A DNA stretch of 60,833 nt, filler included, from Asterionella formosa (GCA_002256025.1; 13 parts of 13 records of this genome joined end to end with filler, not necessarily neighbours in it); one strand, 5' to 3'; shown: positions 12,501-26,540, numbered from the whole stretch's first letter. Numbers and translations are program-made. Notes: generated by a model from the sequence alone, not told the origin.

Positions 12501-14020
12501 TCAGGATGACAAACTAAAGCTTTATTTCCAAGGAGACACAATGCATCATCGGCGTCAAGAGTGTAAAGTGAATCATCGACACTTTCGCCCCTATGAGGGG
12601 ACGCGAAAGCATCATCTAGAGGGGACGTACGAATCATATTGACTTCATTAATTTCGGAAACAACAGTGTTGAAAGGATAACTTTCCTGATCATCAGTAGC
12701 GTGAGTGACCTTATCATTTACGATGACGTTGTTTGTAGGTTCTTCCAAGATAGCAGCAATTCTTTCTCTCGAGGCATTGACATACTCTCTAATAAGAGCA
12801 CTAGCATCAAACGAGGATAAATTATTATCAGCCTCAGGAAAAGACCCAGCGCACTCATTGTTGATCGCATGACGGTCCTCCGGCGCTGAACTGTCAGGAG
12901 AAACGGTGTCAATCTCAGCTGTGCAAGTACCAATAATTTCCACAACGTTCATTGCTGTTGTTTTAGTGCTGAGATCGCCTCCAGTTGAATAGTAAGTAGT
13001 TGAAATATTCTCCAATATGCTTGTCACCTTCAACTTAGTGGCCAATGCCCCTATTGAGGCCGTGTCGCTCGTGAAGCACGGATCTGGGAGATCAGGAGAG
13101 GAAGGACTGCAATCACGCTCATCGGTACTTTTCGTTAAGTCCACAAGAGGAAAACGATCCTCAGAAGAATCAGGTGATTCGGAGGGTTTCTCACTTCCGT
13201 CGTTCGTACTGGTGCAATTGTCTCGTTTTTTATCAGCTTTTTTCGTGACCTCTTCACCTGAGCTACTGTTGCTCAATTCGTCGAAAGGAACATTTGTGAC
13301 CTTAACTTTTCCATCCCGACACTGACTGATAATTTTCTTGTCATATATACCATCAAACTGCACTCCTTCGGACTTGCAGCTGATATTCGTAGCACTACTG
13401 CTGCTACAACTACCACCAGTATCAGAAACTGAACAATCGCTGACAGATTCGTCCCCGTAGCCGCTTCTGCTACAGTTTTCAATGGAGCTACAGCCAGATT
13501 CGAAGATTTCCTCGGATCCGCTATCGACACTTTCGCCATCAGATACAGCATCATGACTATGCTCGTCAATGCCGCTGTGGCTGCAAGAACTCTCATCTGA
13601 AGAAGCACCTCGGCTGTCAGCTTGTTCGGTTTCGAAACTGCTGTTTCTAGCGAAGCTTTCAACAACTGCAAAAGTATCCAAGACAAAGTCTAAAGAAGTA
13701 TCTTTGGCATTCTCCACTTCCTCAACAACAGCCAGAGTGGTGTCAGCAAAAGAATCCAAGACATAATCTAATGACGTATCTTTCCCATTGTCCGCTTCCT
13801 CGTCCGACGAGTGGCTCTCGTCAGAATCATGATCATGAAGGTCGGAGCCAGAGCTACTACTTATGCTGCTTTCAACGTCCTTAACGCTGCTGTCAACTTC
13901 AATAATTTCGTCAAGGTTTCCCAAGATAACGGAGAATGAGCTATCATCAGTAACATCTTCCCCAGAACCGGAACTCTCATCAGAAGAAGCTCGATCAGAA
14001 CTCCCAGTAGTACTCCCGTC
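9583..14020 (-). CDS. Large acidic Ser/Asp/Glu-rich repeat protein of unknown function with two C-terminal hydrophobic segments; 5' partial, internal gap 11438-11669
   Basis: Stop-free frames on both sides of the gap (14020-11670 and 11437-9583) share the same peptide repeats (FYEP; DA...YVxASxxRxxAILxE), so they are one gene. Confidence 0.75.
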
Positions 14021-14120
14021 NNNNNNNNNNNNNNNNNNNNNNNNNNNNNNNNNNNNNNNNNNNNTTAATTAATTAANNNNNNNNNNNNNNNNNNNNNNNN
14101 NNNNNNNNNNNNNNNNNNNN

Positions 14121-14867
14121 GCATTGCACAGTATGTTTGTATGCAATCCGTTAAGAGCTTGAAAAGAAATCCAATGAAAACGAAATGGCTCATCACACAA
14201 GACGAATATTTCCGGTCTGTCACCAGAGCATCAATCAGTGTTACAACCTCAATCATAGCTAAATAGCATCCATTATTGAACAGCACAATCTACTTCTCCA
14301 TAACATCGTCTCTCCAACAAGAACGTAATACATCTACAATTGAAACGCAGCATAGCAGGCGATATGTACAAAGAAGCATGAGACTATCTATTTATAATAA
14401 CAGAGTGATTCTGGTTTCGTAATTTTCATGTCTCATCAGATTTCCTTTGTCATTGTACTAGTTCCTTACCTTTGAAGACAGGAGTGTAGCTATTCTTTGA
14501 TGTATCTGGAATGTTTCAATGGATGGCAGCAGTTGGATTTAGACACAAACCTCGACAAAAGCACTACTTTGTAGAGGATGTTCATGAAAAGCGAGACACT
14601 TTGGCCTATCGACCACCAGCCAGTCTATACTGCAAAAATGCAAGAAGCCCAAGTTGAATGCTCATTTATGGATTCAAGTTTCAGTAGTGCAACAATGTAA
14701 AATGTTAGAAACCGGAAGTCACATTTCATCTAATTACGGTTTTCATTAGCCATACTAGCTAGTATTGATTGAGAGGAAGCAATGGTGAATGCCAAACAGG
14801 CGGGGGGAACAAACACAGAGAATCCCTAAGTTTTGTCCCCAATGATCCCAGACCCTTCTTGAATGTC
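14121..14867 (+). pseudogene. Decayed Tc1/IS630-like transposase fragment
   Basis: Near-copy of 21206-21980. Encodes GFRHKPRQKHYFVEDVHEKRDTLAYR, homologous to the KKGYYVDGHEK motif near 6100. Confidence 0.6.
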
Positions 14868-15110
14868 CGTCTGCAAATAAAAACTATCAGAATTCCATGA
14901 TGCATCATAGGATTGTGATCATCTGATCATAGTTTTTCGTTATATCATCTAATAATTTTGATAAATGCCCTTGTAATTTAAATAGTAACCCTTTTGATTA
15001 CATATATTTAACTTTTATATCTATTGTTTCTATTAGATTCCTGTATTCGAATTTCTTGGTAGGATAATGTACCAGTTCAAGTAATGTAATTTGGCTCGTC
15101 ATTTCCTTCC
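14868..15110 (+). mobile_element. DNA transposon terminus (CGTCTGCAAATAAAAAC...) abutting the preceding relic
   Basis: Shares an abrupt start and ~240 bp of similarity with 20842-21075. Confidence 0.6.
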
Positions 15111-16124
15111 ATCATCACACTGATTTTTGCAACAACAATGAAATACTAGCGATGACAAGTGGAATGATTGTTTGTGATAACGACGTCTTCAATTGTTGGT
15201 CATGTAATCATTATATCTTTGAGTAATCTTCATGTGCAGTGAACCTTTGTTCACAATCATTCAATTAAGAGTTTACAGAGAAGAAATCATTTCAACTCGT
15301 AATGGTTCCACACAAAGCGCACATTGTGAATCCGTTTTGTCAACCACCAGCATTACAATCTTGCCAATCAACCCGTAAACAAACACATTCTACTTGTTCT
15401 CGTTGACATTTTTAATTCTCACAGCATGATACTACATCTACTATTGAGATTCAGCATAGAAGGAGATACGAAAATGTAACAGACTACTATCCACATAGCT
15501 ATAGTTATAGAATGATTTGGATTACAATTTCTTTTTCATGTCGCTCGTTTCTGCATTTGGCATGCTGTACTTGTATTTACTATTGAAATTTTCCGCATCT
15601 TTGATACCATCAAGAGGGCGAAAGCAAGTGGCTCTCTTCATTGTTGTTTGCTTGTAGGAAATATTTGATATCCATATCGTCATTTGCCTGTTGGAACTGT
15701 CCGTTGCCTCAAACCTGCTTGGCGTGTGCGTACACACTTTGTCGACTTGTTTTCATTGGTTTGTTGTTCTTGTATTCACTGTTGAACTTGTCCGCATCTT
15801 TGTTACCATCAAGAGAGCGACAAGTGTGTCTCTTCATTGTTGTTTGCTCCTGGAAAAGTCGGTGTCCATGTCATCCTCATCAATAGAGGGATAAGTGTCC
15901 TTCATCATTGCGGTTTGCCGCTGGAAAAATTGGTACCCATGGTATCGTCATTCACTCGTTGGAACCACTGTCCGTTGCCTCAAACCTGATTAGCGTGTGT
16001 GTATGTGCACTGTTGACTTGTTTACATTACAGGAGTGACTTAGCAACTAAAGTGGCTGCGTGTTATAATATCATACTCCGTAGTACAATGCAGAATACTT
16101 CAGTTCCCAATCATCTCATCATGA

Positions 16125-16400
16125 TTGATATGATGATAATGTGATATCACGATAGGGTAACATCGATGCATACATCACCAAAGTATGAAACGTAATATTG
16201 AATAAAGTATATCACATAGCTATGATGCATTGATCATAGAGCTATGATGATTTCTTAAAATGTTTATGATGTATTTTTAATCAAAATATGATCATGTTAA
16301 AATAATACAATGACAATAAAATACGATAAAATATGTACGCAAGTGTTATTGATACATCACAGAAAATAAATAAATAAATCATAATTATGTTACTTAATAT
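16125..16400 (+). repeat. AT-rich subterminal transposon repeat
   Basis: Near-copy of 18905-19135, which itself contains a ~115-bp tandem duplication (18820-19040). Confidence 0.7.
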
Positions 16401-18819
16401 GTAAATTAGATTTTTAATATATACAGTAAAAGCCAACAGTTAATATGATCGTATTATACGGTGTATAGGATTTAAGTATACGGATGCGCTGATATGTACA
16501 TCACTATAATATGATTTGTGATATGGATTGATGCATATCACATAACGGTATCCTCAACAACCAGCCATCACGTTCATTGTTGTGTCGTTTTTCCTTGTTA
16601 TAGCTGTATTTATGCCGGCATGTGTATTGTGTAAACACTACGCTGGCGGAACATGCATTTTGCACTGCTGTGCTCTGTTCAACAATTACTACACTTGGTT
16701 ACCATCACACCAGCTGCACCTCCATAAGCGCCGCAAAAAGCTCAGCGTTTCCCTTCCACTGTTTTACATCATAGTCTTCTGGCCCTTTGACAACTTGCTT
16801 TCCAAATGGCATTTCATGGATTTCACGCAAAGGATCAGTCAAACAAGAAACGTGACTTACTTCCGTTGTTTAAACTACACGACTTTATGTTTTCAGAAAA
16901 GAAGATGAAGAAACTTATGAAATCAATCGAAGATTTGCTCCTTTGAATACACTCAAATAACAAATGAATTTGAACAGATTCATAATACTCCAGAAAAAAT
17001 AATGAAGCAAGTATGCCGATACAATAGTGGCAGAGATTGAAAAGAAGGAAAGATTGCTTTCGAAGAGCAGAGGAAACCCAAACAGTTGTTCTTCACGGAT
17101 GAAGACTATATTCCTACAGAGTCACAGTTCCATCCAGTGTCGTATTTTGCTCCTCATTCTCCTGAAATCGCTGATAATGAAGAAGAACTCAGTGATTCTC
17201 ATTCATTTAATGAACAAAATCATGCAATGAATGAAAATACCGGCGGAAATGTGGGAGACATGCATCACTTCTGAAGTAGAAATGGTTGAAAAGTTGCAAT
17301 ACCAAAAAAATGTCTCACTATTCGTCCAGAACATCAAGATGAACATCATGAAAGCAGAGAAACTATTGCATTTCTAAAAAAAATATATTCAAGAAAAAGT
17401 CTGAGCTGGATCAGGACCTCGAATTCAAGAAGATCGATGCAGACAGAGATGTGATGACTATGCTGGCTAAGGTAGTTGATGCACTGAGTCAGGAACGAAG
17501 TTTGAAGAAATTTTTTTTCAAATCATACATGGAAGAAAAAGATTAGGATTTCTCTGTAAAATCATCGAGAACAATCCCGAAGGCAGCTACTTTTGTGAAG
17601 AGTCGCTTGGCATGTGAAATGTGTAGAATTATTATGCCAAAGCAAACTGCATTTTCCTTGAGTTTGCCGAAAATGCATGGACAACTAAGATTGTGGAAAG
17701 ATTTGTACACACATACCCCCCAAGAAATATGCAATTACGCCTCTGTATTTTATGGGAGTCAAAGGTATCAAAAAATCATCTTCAGATTTTAAAGATCTTG
17801 CATATTGGGACCTTGAAACAATTCAAGGTTAAGAAGTTTTGCTGTGAACATGTAAGTTTGAGGTTATAGTTCGCGAATTATAGGTACTGTAAAAAAGAAT
17901 ATCAATCTAATGTGCTTTTTTCTGGTCCCAAAAGAGAATCAAACATCCCGTCCTGCCTATCTGGTCCAAGTAGTATGAAAGGCATTTCCAATCACAAACA
18001 GGATTGGTTTGCCCAATGTTGCCTAACTCGGCTATACACAGTGAAACCGGAATTAGGCAAGGAATTGGAGAGTGACCCAGAGCTTGCCGATTTCATATGG
18101 TTCTGAGGCACTACTTCCGATGAATCAGACCATTGAACGTACCAACAAGGCATGTTTAGATTATATTAAATCAACATTTGGTGGCATGTGCATTAAAAAG
18201 TTGAGAGAATGTCAGAATGTATTGAATAATCAATTTAAAGGAATCTTAGGTAAGTTCTTGCAGGGCGGGAGATGCTCTGAAAGCATGATGTTTTGAGTTG
18301 GTGATAATATTTTTATCAAATATGTTTGAATTAAAAATGCTAACATAATTCATGACACACCAGCTGGTCTAACAGAATATAAGTTCCAGACTATGAACAT
18401 TGATGTTTTTATTAGGTGGGCGTTCACGCTTTATCGTTTTGCGCAGTCAAAGGACATTGACAGGGGAAGCCAAGGATACCAAGTCTGGCGTGATTTTCTT
18501 GCTCCAGTGTATTTTATAGGCAGGACAAGCCGTGGAGAACCATTTTTAACATGAGACAAATCTGGTGTGACCAAATTTCAAGTAAGTCTTCGGGCACAGT
18601 GTGAATTGCAATCACGTTTTGTTGGTTTGCTGATCAATGCCAGTACAGACGAAGCATTTTGCTTCTTGGTGCTGAAAGGAAAATTCAGATTGCAACAAAA
18701 ATATTTGGTTTTCAATCCANNNNNNNNNNNNNNNNNNNNNNNNNNNNNNNNNNNNNNNNNNNNTTAATTAATTAANNNNNNNNNNNNNNNNNNNNNNNNN
18801 NNNNNNNNNNNNNNNNNNN

Positions 18820-20202
18820 ATGATACGTAATATTGAATAAAGTACATCACATAGCTATGATACATTGATCCTAAAATTATGATGATTTTAAGAAATATTT
18901 ATGATATGATATCATGATAAGGTTACATCGATGCATACATCACCAAAGTATGATACGTAATATTGAATAAAGTACATCACATAGCTATGATACATTGATC
19001 CTAAAATTCTGATGATTTTATGAAATATATATGATATAATTTTGATCAAAATATGATCATGTAAAAATAGTACAATGGCAATAAAATACGATAAAATATG
19101 TACGCAAGTGTTATCGATACATCACAGAATATAAATCAAGCAATCATAAACTTGTTCAATAATTCATTATAAATACAGCAGCAGCTGGCAGCATGACAAA
19201 CAGCACGCCAAGGCACACTAACAACTCATGATTTACGGAGCCCTGTTATCATATGACATTAACACAGAATCAGAAAGCAACAATACTCAATCCTGTATTT
19301 CATCCGAATGCTCCTTAATTGAAAGGGTTTGCTGCAATGTCAATTGAATCCTCGACTCAAATAAAAGAACTCTGCAATATAGTTGAATGGTGAGTGTGTT
19401 CTTGTTGTTTACCTAAATGCTAGTATGGCTTGTCAGCTCACGCATTGTTGTTGACAACAGGCAGGGACAATGAGGTCCGGAATGAACTGTGTGTTGCTTT
19501 CTGCTGTTGCTAGTTCTATCATAAATATTACTGACACACTGTTATTATGAAAATCTCTGCAGGTCAATGAAGAAGTCATTTCAAGTACAAGAAGGAAATC
19601 AGTGTGTGAGGATGCATTCATGTTGCAACTTCGTAGAACAATGATGCCTGTTCAAGAGTAAATAATTTCCCCCTTCTGAATGAATGGCTTCTCCTCGTCT
19701 TGCAATGTCCTTACAGATGTCTCATAATTCCTGCCTTCTCAAGACTGAAGATTCCATTCTGATAGAACAGCTTTGTTTGATTGCATAGCGAGATTTGTTT
19801 CCCATGTAATGTGAAATACCGGTTGTTGAATTAGTAATCAACATTATTTGATAGTACTTTTAAATTACGTAAAAAAATATAATACATTACGTGAACTATA
19901 TTATAGAATTACGTGAACAAAAATTTAAGGCAATGTGAACTGAATTACAGAATTAATTGAAGTATTTCAAATAATTATGTGAAGTATTTCAAATAATTAT
20001 GTGAAGGTGATCACGTAATATAGTGATGATCAGGAATGCATGCATGATACTCTGATCAAATAATGAACGTGATGAATTCAGATAATATATAGATATATTC
20101 AAGTAAGCATTTTGATGTATTCAACTAATTCATGTGATCCATTCAAAATCAACTAGGCTTATTTACGTGATGGTCACTTCACGTAATACGCGGCTTAGAT
20201 GT
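18820..20202 (-). mobile_element. Non-autonomous DNA transposon material, same family as 8706-9319
   Basis: Inverted match to 8706-9100; 19500-19760 is also an inverted match to 36500-36775. Confidence 0.65.
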
Positions 20203-20841
20203 GGTGGTAAAAATTCTTCATTTCGCCCTTGCTAAAAGTTCTTGCCAGCCATAATGCTGCCATGAGGTGGTTCTGGCCAGCATTCATCATCCTCACTTCT
20301 CAGCCTTGGTTAATTGCTCCCTCTTATGAAGTGCCACTCGAGCTGCACTGTTCATGGTTGTGTAGTTTAAAGGCGCAAAATAAATGAAGCAAGTTATTAA
20401 TGATGTTTCTTCTTACTATGATGTTTCCACAGTATCATTGTGGACGCGATAAATTCCTCAAAATCGCATTTGTCATACCATGTGCCTTTGGAAAAAAAAT
20501 GGGTGTTCCAGAATTTTTGGATGATTTTAGCAGATGTTCAAGCAGCATTCATTTCAACAATTAGATCATTAGCAATCGATGATTGCATTTAACGAGGAAA
20601 ATGTTCCTGATTTGAAGCAATTTAGCTAAAGGTATTATGGTTAAATGCTGTGAGGTTGCATTGTGATACTGCACAGCTAGTATTCTGAGAGCCAAAATAA
20701 TGTTCAAGGCTCACCTATAATCTAAATGTGACATGAAAAAGTTTGATTTGATTGTACATTCTTTATTCTCCCGCCCGGCATGTGTATGCCAACCATCAGG
20801 TTGGAAACGAGCATGGCTGGGCCCAAACATTTAGTAGCCTT

Positions 20842-22680
20842 CGTCTGCAAATAAAAACTATCACATTTCCATGATGCAACATAGGATTGTGATCATCTGA
20901 TCATAATTTTTCGTTATATCATCTAATTATTTTGATAAATGCCTTTGTAATTTAAATAGTAACCCTTTTGACTATGGAAATATAATTATTATATGTATTG
21001 TTTCTTTTATGTTCTTTCATTTAAATTTCTTGGTAAGATAATGTACCAGTAAAAGTAATGTGGTTTGGCTCATCATCCTCTCCAGTCCTCGCTCTGATTC
21101 TTTCAACAACGAAAAAGCAGCCATGTCGAGAGGAACGAATGTTTGTGATAAATCTTCATTTGTCCTTCAAGTCATCATATGTCTTCGATGAATCATCATC
21201 TACATTGCACAGTATGTTCGTACTATGCAATCCGTTAAGAGCTTGAAAAGAAATCAAAAAAAAAGAAATGGCTCAGCACACAAGACGAATATTTCCGGTC
21301 GGTCTGTCACCAGAGCATCAATCAGTGTTACAACCTCAATCATACATCCATTATAGAACAGCACAATCTACTTCTCCGTAACATCGTCTCTCTAACAAGA
21401 ACGTAATACATCTACAATTAAATCGCAGCATAGCAGGCGATATGCACAAAGAAGCATGAGACTGTGCTGTCTATTTATAGTAACAGAGTGGCTGATTTTG
21501 GTTTCGTAATTTTCATGTCTCATTAGATTTTCTTTGTCATCGTACTAGTTCCTTACCTTTGAAGAAAGGAGCGTAGCTATTCTTTGATGTATCTGGAATA
21601 TTTCAATGGATGGCAGCAGTCGGTATTAGACACAAACCTCGACAAAAGCACTAGTACCTTGTCGATGTTCATGAAAAGCGAGACACTTTGCTTGGCCTAT
21701 CGCCCACCAGCCAGTCTATACTGCAAAAATGCAAGAAGCAAGCACAAGTTGAATGCCCATTTATGGATTCAAGTTTCAGTAGTGCAACAATGTAAAATAT
21801 TAGAAACCGGAAGTCACATTTCATCTAATTACGGTTTTCATTAGCTATACTAGTATTGATTGAGAGGAAGCAATGGTAGAATGGCTGCCAAACGGGCGGG
21901 GGCAAACACAGAGAATCCTACTAATTTTTCTTAATCCTACTAATTTTCTTCCCAATGATCCCAGTCCCTTCTTGAATGTCACTTGCTACAGAAAATGGAG
22001 AACAACCTCCATGATCTGTTGATTGTTGCTTTATGGTGCCACTGACCAAAACCTCCAGAAATCTCAATGAGTTGCTTGTTTCTTGACTTGAATGCAAAAG
22101 GGATCAAAACCAGTGGAAAAATCAGAAGGGAACTAAAAATGCTCTGCAAACATCGCATCTGGACAATTGTGAAAGAGAAATGAAGGTTCTTGGGAGGAGA
22201 AGTAAAGGGATCATTGCTTCTGGCCTTGCGGGAACAAGAATAGATCGACCCAAACAATGTTGATAAATAGGTACCTACGGGAAAAGGAAGCAATGCTTTC
22301 AGCATCATCACAAACAATGTTGATAAATAGGTACCTACGGGAAAAGGAAGCAATGCTTTCAGCATCATCAATCTATACACAAGCCTGCGCCACCTGATGT
22401 CGTCAATATAGCTACCTTGATTCCTTCTTCATCAATGAAGAAGTCAATGGGTGGAGCATGTGAGGAGAATCGGGGTTGAGGTTTTCTTGACGCCAACGTG
22501 GGCCTGCTTGGCTGAACTCCTTGCAGATGAAGGCATTGAGTAATCTGGGCCTGTGAAGCCAAAGGATAAAGAAAAATCTACGACAAGGGTGGTGAGATAG
22601 TGTTTAGGAGGGGGGAGCAAAAGATATCATAGCTGAACGCATTCGAAACTTGTATAGACAATAAATGGTGGAATACATCG
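20842..22680 (+). mobile_element. Decayed Tc1/IS630-like DNA transposon with terminus at 20842
   Basis: Terminus shared with 14868. Relic peptide near 22475-22660 reads VEVFLTP...ELLADEGIE*...AERIRNLYRQ. Exact 60-bp tandem duplication at 22251-22370. 22205-22670 recurs at 38311-38728. Confidence 0.65.
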
Positions 22681-23064
22681 AAGACGCCGTTTACGGCTCT
22701 TTTTCAAATTTATGTCTAAAGTGACGTATTTATGCTACTTTTCCTAAATATTATGCTACTTTTTGGGAAATTTATTTTGGTCAAACCAAAATTTATGTGT
22801 TCTAAAACAAAATTTATTCTACTTATCAAATAATTATGTGATCAAACCAATAATTATGTGAGTTCGCAACAATATTTTTTTCCAACTAGCCCTCATAAAG
22901 TTATTATGGCGAAATTACGCCACTTAACGGCAATATTATGCTGGTCTCACCACATGATTAAATAAAGAGTACCTGGTACCTAATTTCGATTCAATTATTA
23001 TTTTTTCCTCTATGACATTTTCCCTTGATATCGACTGCCAAAGAACAAACAGCACAAGCAGTGT

Positions 23065-23410
23065 CAAGAGCAAATGCCAAGATGATCAATTGCTGGGATT
23101 ACAAATACGGAATGACTCGTCCCCTTGCTTTCAGTGATTCAATAGCTCCTATTCGATTTGGTGACTGGTGGCCAACCATCAATGGCTGTGGACAAATGAA
23201 ATCGGTAAGTGCTGCCTATCAGCCATCCTTGGATCAATCCACAACTGTTAGAAAAACTGACAAATATGTGTTGCTCCTTTCAGGATAATGGTAGACAAAC
23301 AGTATTTGTAAGTTACAAACAGCAGTGTTGGAGCCCATTTATTGATCGATACTTTGCTTCTCATTCAATCTTCGACTGACACATTCTTCTACAGAAATAT
23401 GCATCAGCTA
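23065..23410 (+). repeat. Dispersed repeat, paralogous to 40228-40512
   Basis: High direct nucleotide similarity (caagagcaaatgccaagatgatcaattgctgggatt...). Confidence 0.8.
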
Positions 23411-23820
23411 CNNNNNNNNNNNNNNNNNNNNNNNNNNNNNNNNNNNNNNNNNNNNTTAATTAATTAANNNNNNNNNNNNNNNNNNNNNNNNNNNNNNNNN
23501 NNNNNNNNNNNAAGAAAAGGAGGAACATCCAAGGCCAACAATTGGCGTCGACGATGGAATGTTCATTTTTGACCCCACTATCGCCCTTGTAGGTACTTTC
23601 GTTGAACTTTCCCCATCCCCATTCCGAACTTCGATATCTTTCATCCCCGTTTCTCGGTCCAGTCAAAGGTACCGATGTATGATGTGAAAAGCAAAGTATA
23701 TGCTGTAGATTACCGGTCGTATGCAATAGTTGTAATCTTTTAACAAATCTTAATCTTTGTCGTATCACAAGTCCACTTCCTGGAAAAAGTGCCTGATACA
23801 AAGGTATACAAACAAGGCAG

Positions 23821-23917
23821 AGCAAGTTGCGGTAATTTTGCTCAAACTAAAGATTTAGCTATCTTTATCCAAGATTAAAATTATAGTTAAAGCAAAATGA
23901 TCGCAACTCGCAAGTAC
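23821..23917 (+). mobile_element. ~100-bp MITE-like repeat, copy 1
   Basis: Imperfect terminal inverted repeats (CAAGTTGCGGTAATTTTGCT / AGCAAAATGATCGCAACTCG). Other copies at 27556-27647 (inverted), 27405-27458 (partial) and 32593-32691. Confidence 0.7.
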
Positions 23918-25329
23918 AAGGGTACCGGTAGACTACTCCTACATCACAATCCATAAAAAATACCAATAGTTTCATCCTCCTCCTCATTGTCAGATGATGA
24001 GGTTTGGTCATGAGGAAAGTGTTCGACATCAGCATTGATTGCACTAATGATCATGAAATGTGATTCATCACTGTTGCTGCAACTACTGGAAATGCTACCA
24101 GAATGGTGCATGTACTTTCAAGTGGAGCAAACTCTGGTGTCGCTGTTTACTTCCTCTTGTCCTCCATGTTGGTCACTTTCCAAGATGAAATGATAGACAA
24201 TCCACACTCAAAACTGATGTTAAGGCGAAAATCTTTGATGAACTTGTAAATCATTGAGAAGCTTATTTTTCTGCCGGTTTTGATTTGGGATACAAGCTTC
24301 ACTTTATTATCAAGGACATCCATTGTTTCCCAGTGTGGCTGTCTAAAAACCATAAATGAGAACTGCAATTGGATGAATACTATTCACACGACTTTAAAAC
24401 ATGCCTATGTTGAAGCTGTTGGCTGTATAACAGCCAGCTGGATCAGTCTCCATGTGAGTAGCATTAAGGAATCAGGAATTGAAACAATGGATCCAAAAGA
24501 TGGGTTATTATCAACTGAAACATCAATGAAAAAATCAGGCAGCAATGACTGAAAACAAGCAAAAAATGAGAAGCACTATTCATAATCAGCCATTGTCAGT
24601 CTACTCATCTGAAGCAATTCCGGGTGGCAAGGAACCGCTTTTCAAATTTTTTTCTCGCAAAACCCAAAATGGAATTCCGGGTTCGAATTCCTCAGAAATC
24701 GAAAAATTTAGTCAAGTTTCCGAATGCGAAATTCCGAGCGGTACTACCGGTAAGCATGGGCGTAACTGGAATTATGCATAGCTAAGCTTTTGTTCAGTTA
24801 GTTACCACTACCAGATAGGTAATATATACTGGCATAAAGATGATGTAAACAGATGAATTTACCATCATTACCAACCATAAGTTCATTGAAGAATACTTCC
24901 ATCACTCAATATGATAGATATAGATACATATTATATAGGCCTGATATATGGGACCTTACCCCTATCCATATCGAGCTCGAAATAGTTATGCGTGATCTCT
25001 CACTCAATACAAAAGGGAAATCCATAACCAATGAAAGTTTTGACGAGACAAATATAGATTCATTTGGTAATGTTCATAGCATGTCGAAAAAATACCGTTC
25101 AATTAGCATGTAATTGAATAATGATGTACAAACCTTTTCCGGAATCATCCAATATAGTTAGATTATCCAATATCACCAAGTTCTCATCTCCAATCTTGTA
25201 GTCACAACAACAATTATCACTAAACAATTTTGAGTTCTTAGTTGATTCTATTGATACTTTCATGCATTTGTAGCTCATTGCATACAGTGTAGTAATTTGG
25301 AAGCAAGAGTGGTCTGATTTGATTGAGTG

Positions 25330-26540
25330 GCTTTAACTATACATCCTCGCCTTCCATGGTGAGAGGGAGTGCTTACCAGTGCCAGTAGTAGGATTGCTGT
25401 GAAAGTAAAAGCTCAGTTTCTTTTGTTTACATTTGGACGCTTTGAAAAAATTGTGATTGAAGCATTCAATCAAGTAGTACACTACCCACATAGTAACAAC
25501 AAATTCTTCAATTTTCCAGTGTATTTTGGGGTTGGGAACTGTCAGCATCCACAACCTCAAGCCTGAAACTGTTTGTGCCTTTGTTGGACAGCAGCCGAAA
25601 CACTTTTTGTTCATCATTTTCGGTCCTTCTTAATGACCTTCTTGGCGATTCTCCTTCTTAAGGACTTCGATTTGTCTGAACATACAATGTGACTCATCTG
25701 GTAACTGTTCTGCAATCAAGTTCAAATTACAGGCTTCAATAGTCTCCCTTACTTCATGAAAGTGATCAGGACTCTCAGGTGGCTGCTGACTGAATTGTGT
25801 AGCCTATTTTTTTGAGACTTGCATCAAATTTATTGTGAGAATTGATGTGATTTAGCCGACAGGAGGCATTGGCGAAAATTTTGGCAAATGCATCTGACCG
25901 AAAATCTGGCTGTTTTGTTCCCTGCATTATTGCCATTAACAACCATAATCCAATCCATCTGAGTAGATCATCACATGTTAAATGGTTTGCTCTCTAGATA
26001 AATTGTTAAAAAACAGTATCTTTCAAGAACTCAAAAGGGAAGGTAATTCGAACAACTGGACAACAGTCCTCAGCTACAACTGAATCGGAAATGCTTGGAT
26101 TGCTAAATGTCTGCCTCATTTAGCAGATTTCTGAATATCCCCACTCAATATCAAACAACTTGTTTATGACTTCATTGGGATGAAAAACATTTTCAAGTTT
26201 CTGGAAAATTGCTCCTGTAGGCTTGACAAGTTCAATGAGCTCTGAAGGCATATCTTCGTATCCTGGTAATGCCTCCTCAAGTATAGTATCATCGCCTTCA
26301 CCACAGTAAACATTGTCTGGATCACCTTCAGAAATGATCATTAAGTGCTTTTCAAGAGCATACAGCTCATTTATATCAGCATCATTCACAGTTTCAGGAG
26401 CTGTGACAACAATGGCCATCACTACTCTACCTCTGATTTTCTGTAGTGTCCACTGCAGCACTGCCGTTCTTTCAAGTCTATGAACCTTTGTTATGGTTTT
26501 GTAGCAGCCACAGTGACTGGTGAATGCACTTTTGCCCATT
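25330..26540 (-). pseudogene. Decayed piggyBac-like transposase
   Basis: Frameshifted peptides WLWLLMA, CRLNHI and PPESPDHFHEVRETIEACNLN..PDES resemble the piggyBac (DDE_Tnp_1_7) region leading to the first catalytic Asp. Recognised from memory of the family. Confidence 0.5.

Noticed and set aside
14121..15110. Circularly permuted copy of 20842-21980 suggesting a circular intermediate
   Set aside because: More simply a related element's terminus inserted at 14868 into an older copy; similarity after ~15110 does not continue.
8706..20202. Apparent 11.5-kb composite transposon with ~400-bp inverted ends capturing the acidic repeat gene
   Set aside because: The two ends lie on different scaffolds separated by three artificial spacers; they are independent copies of one family.
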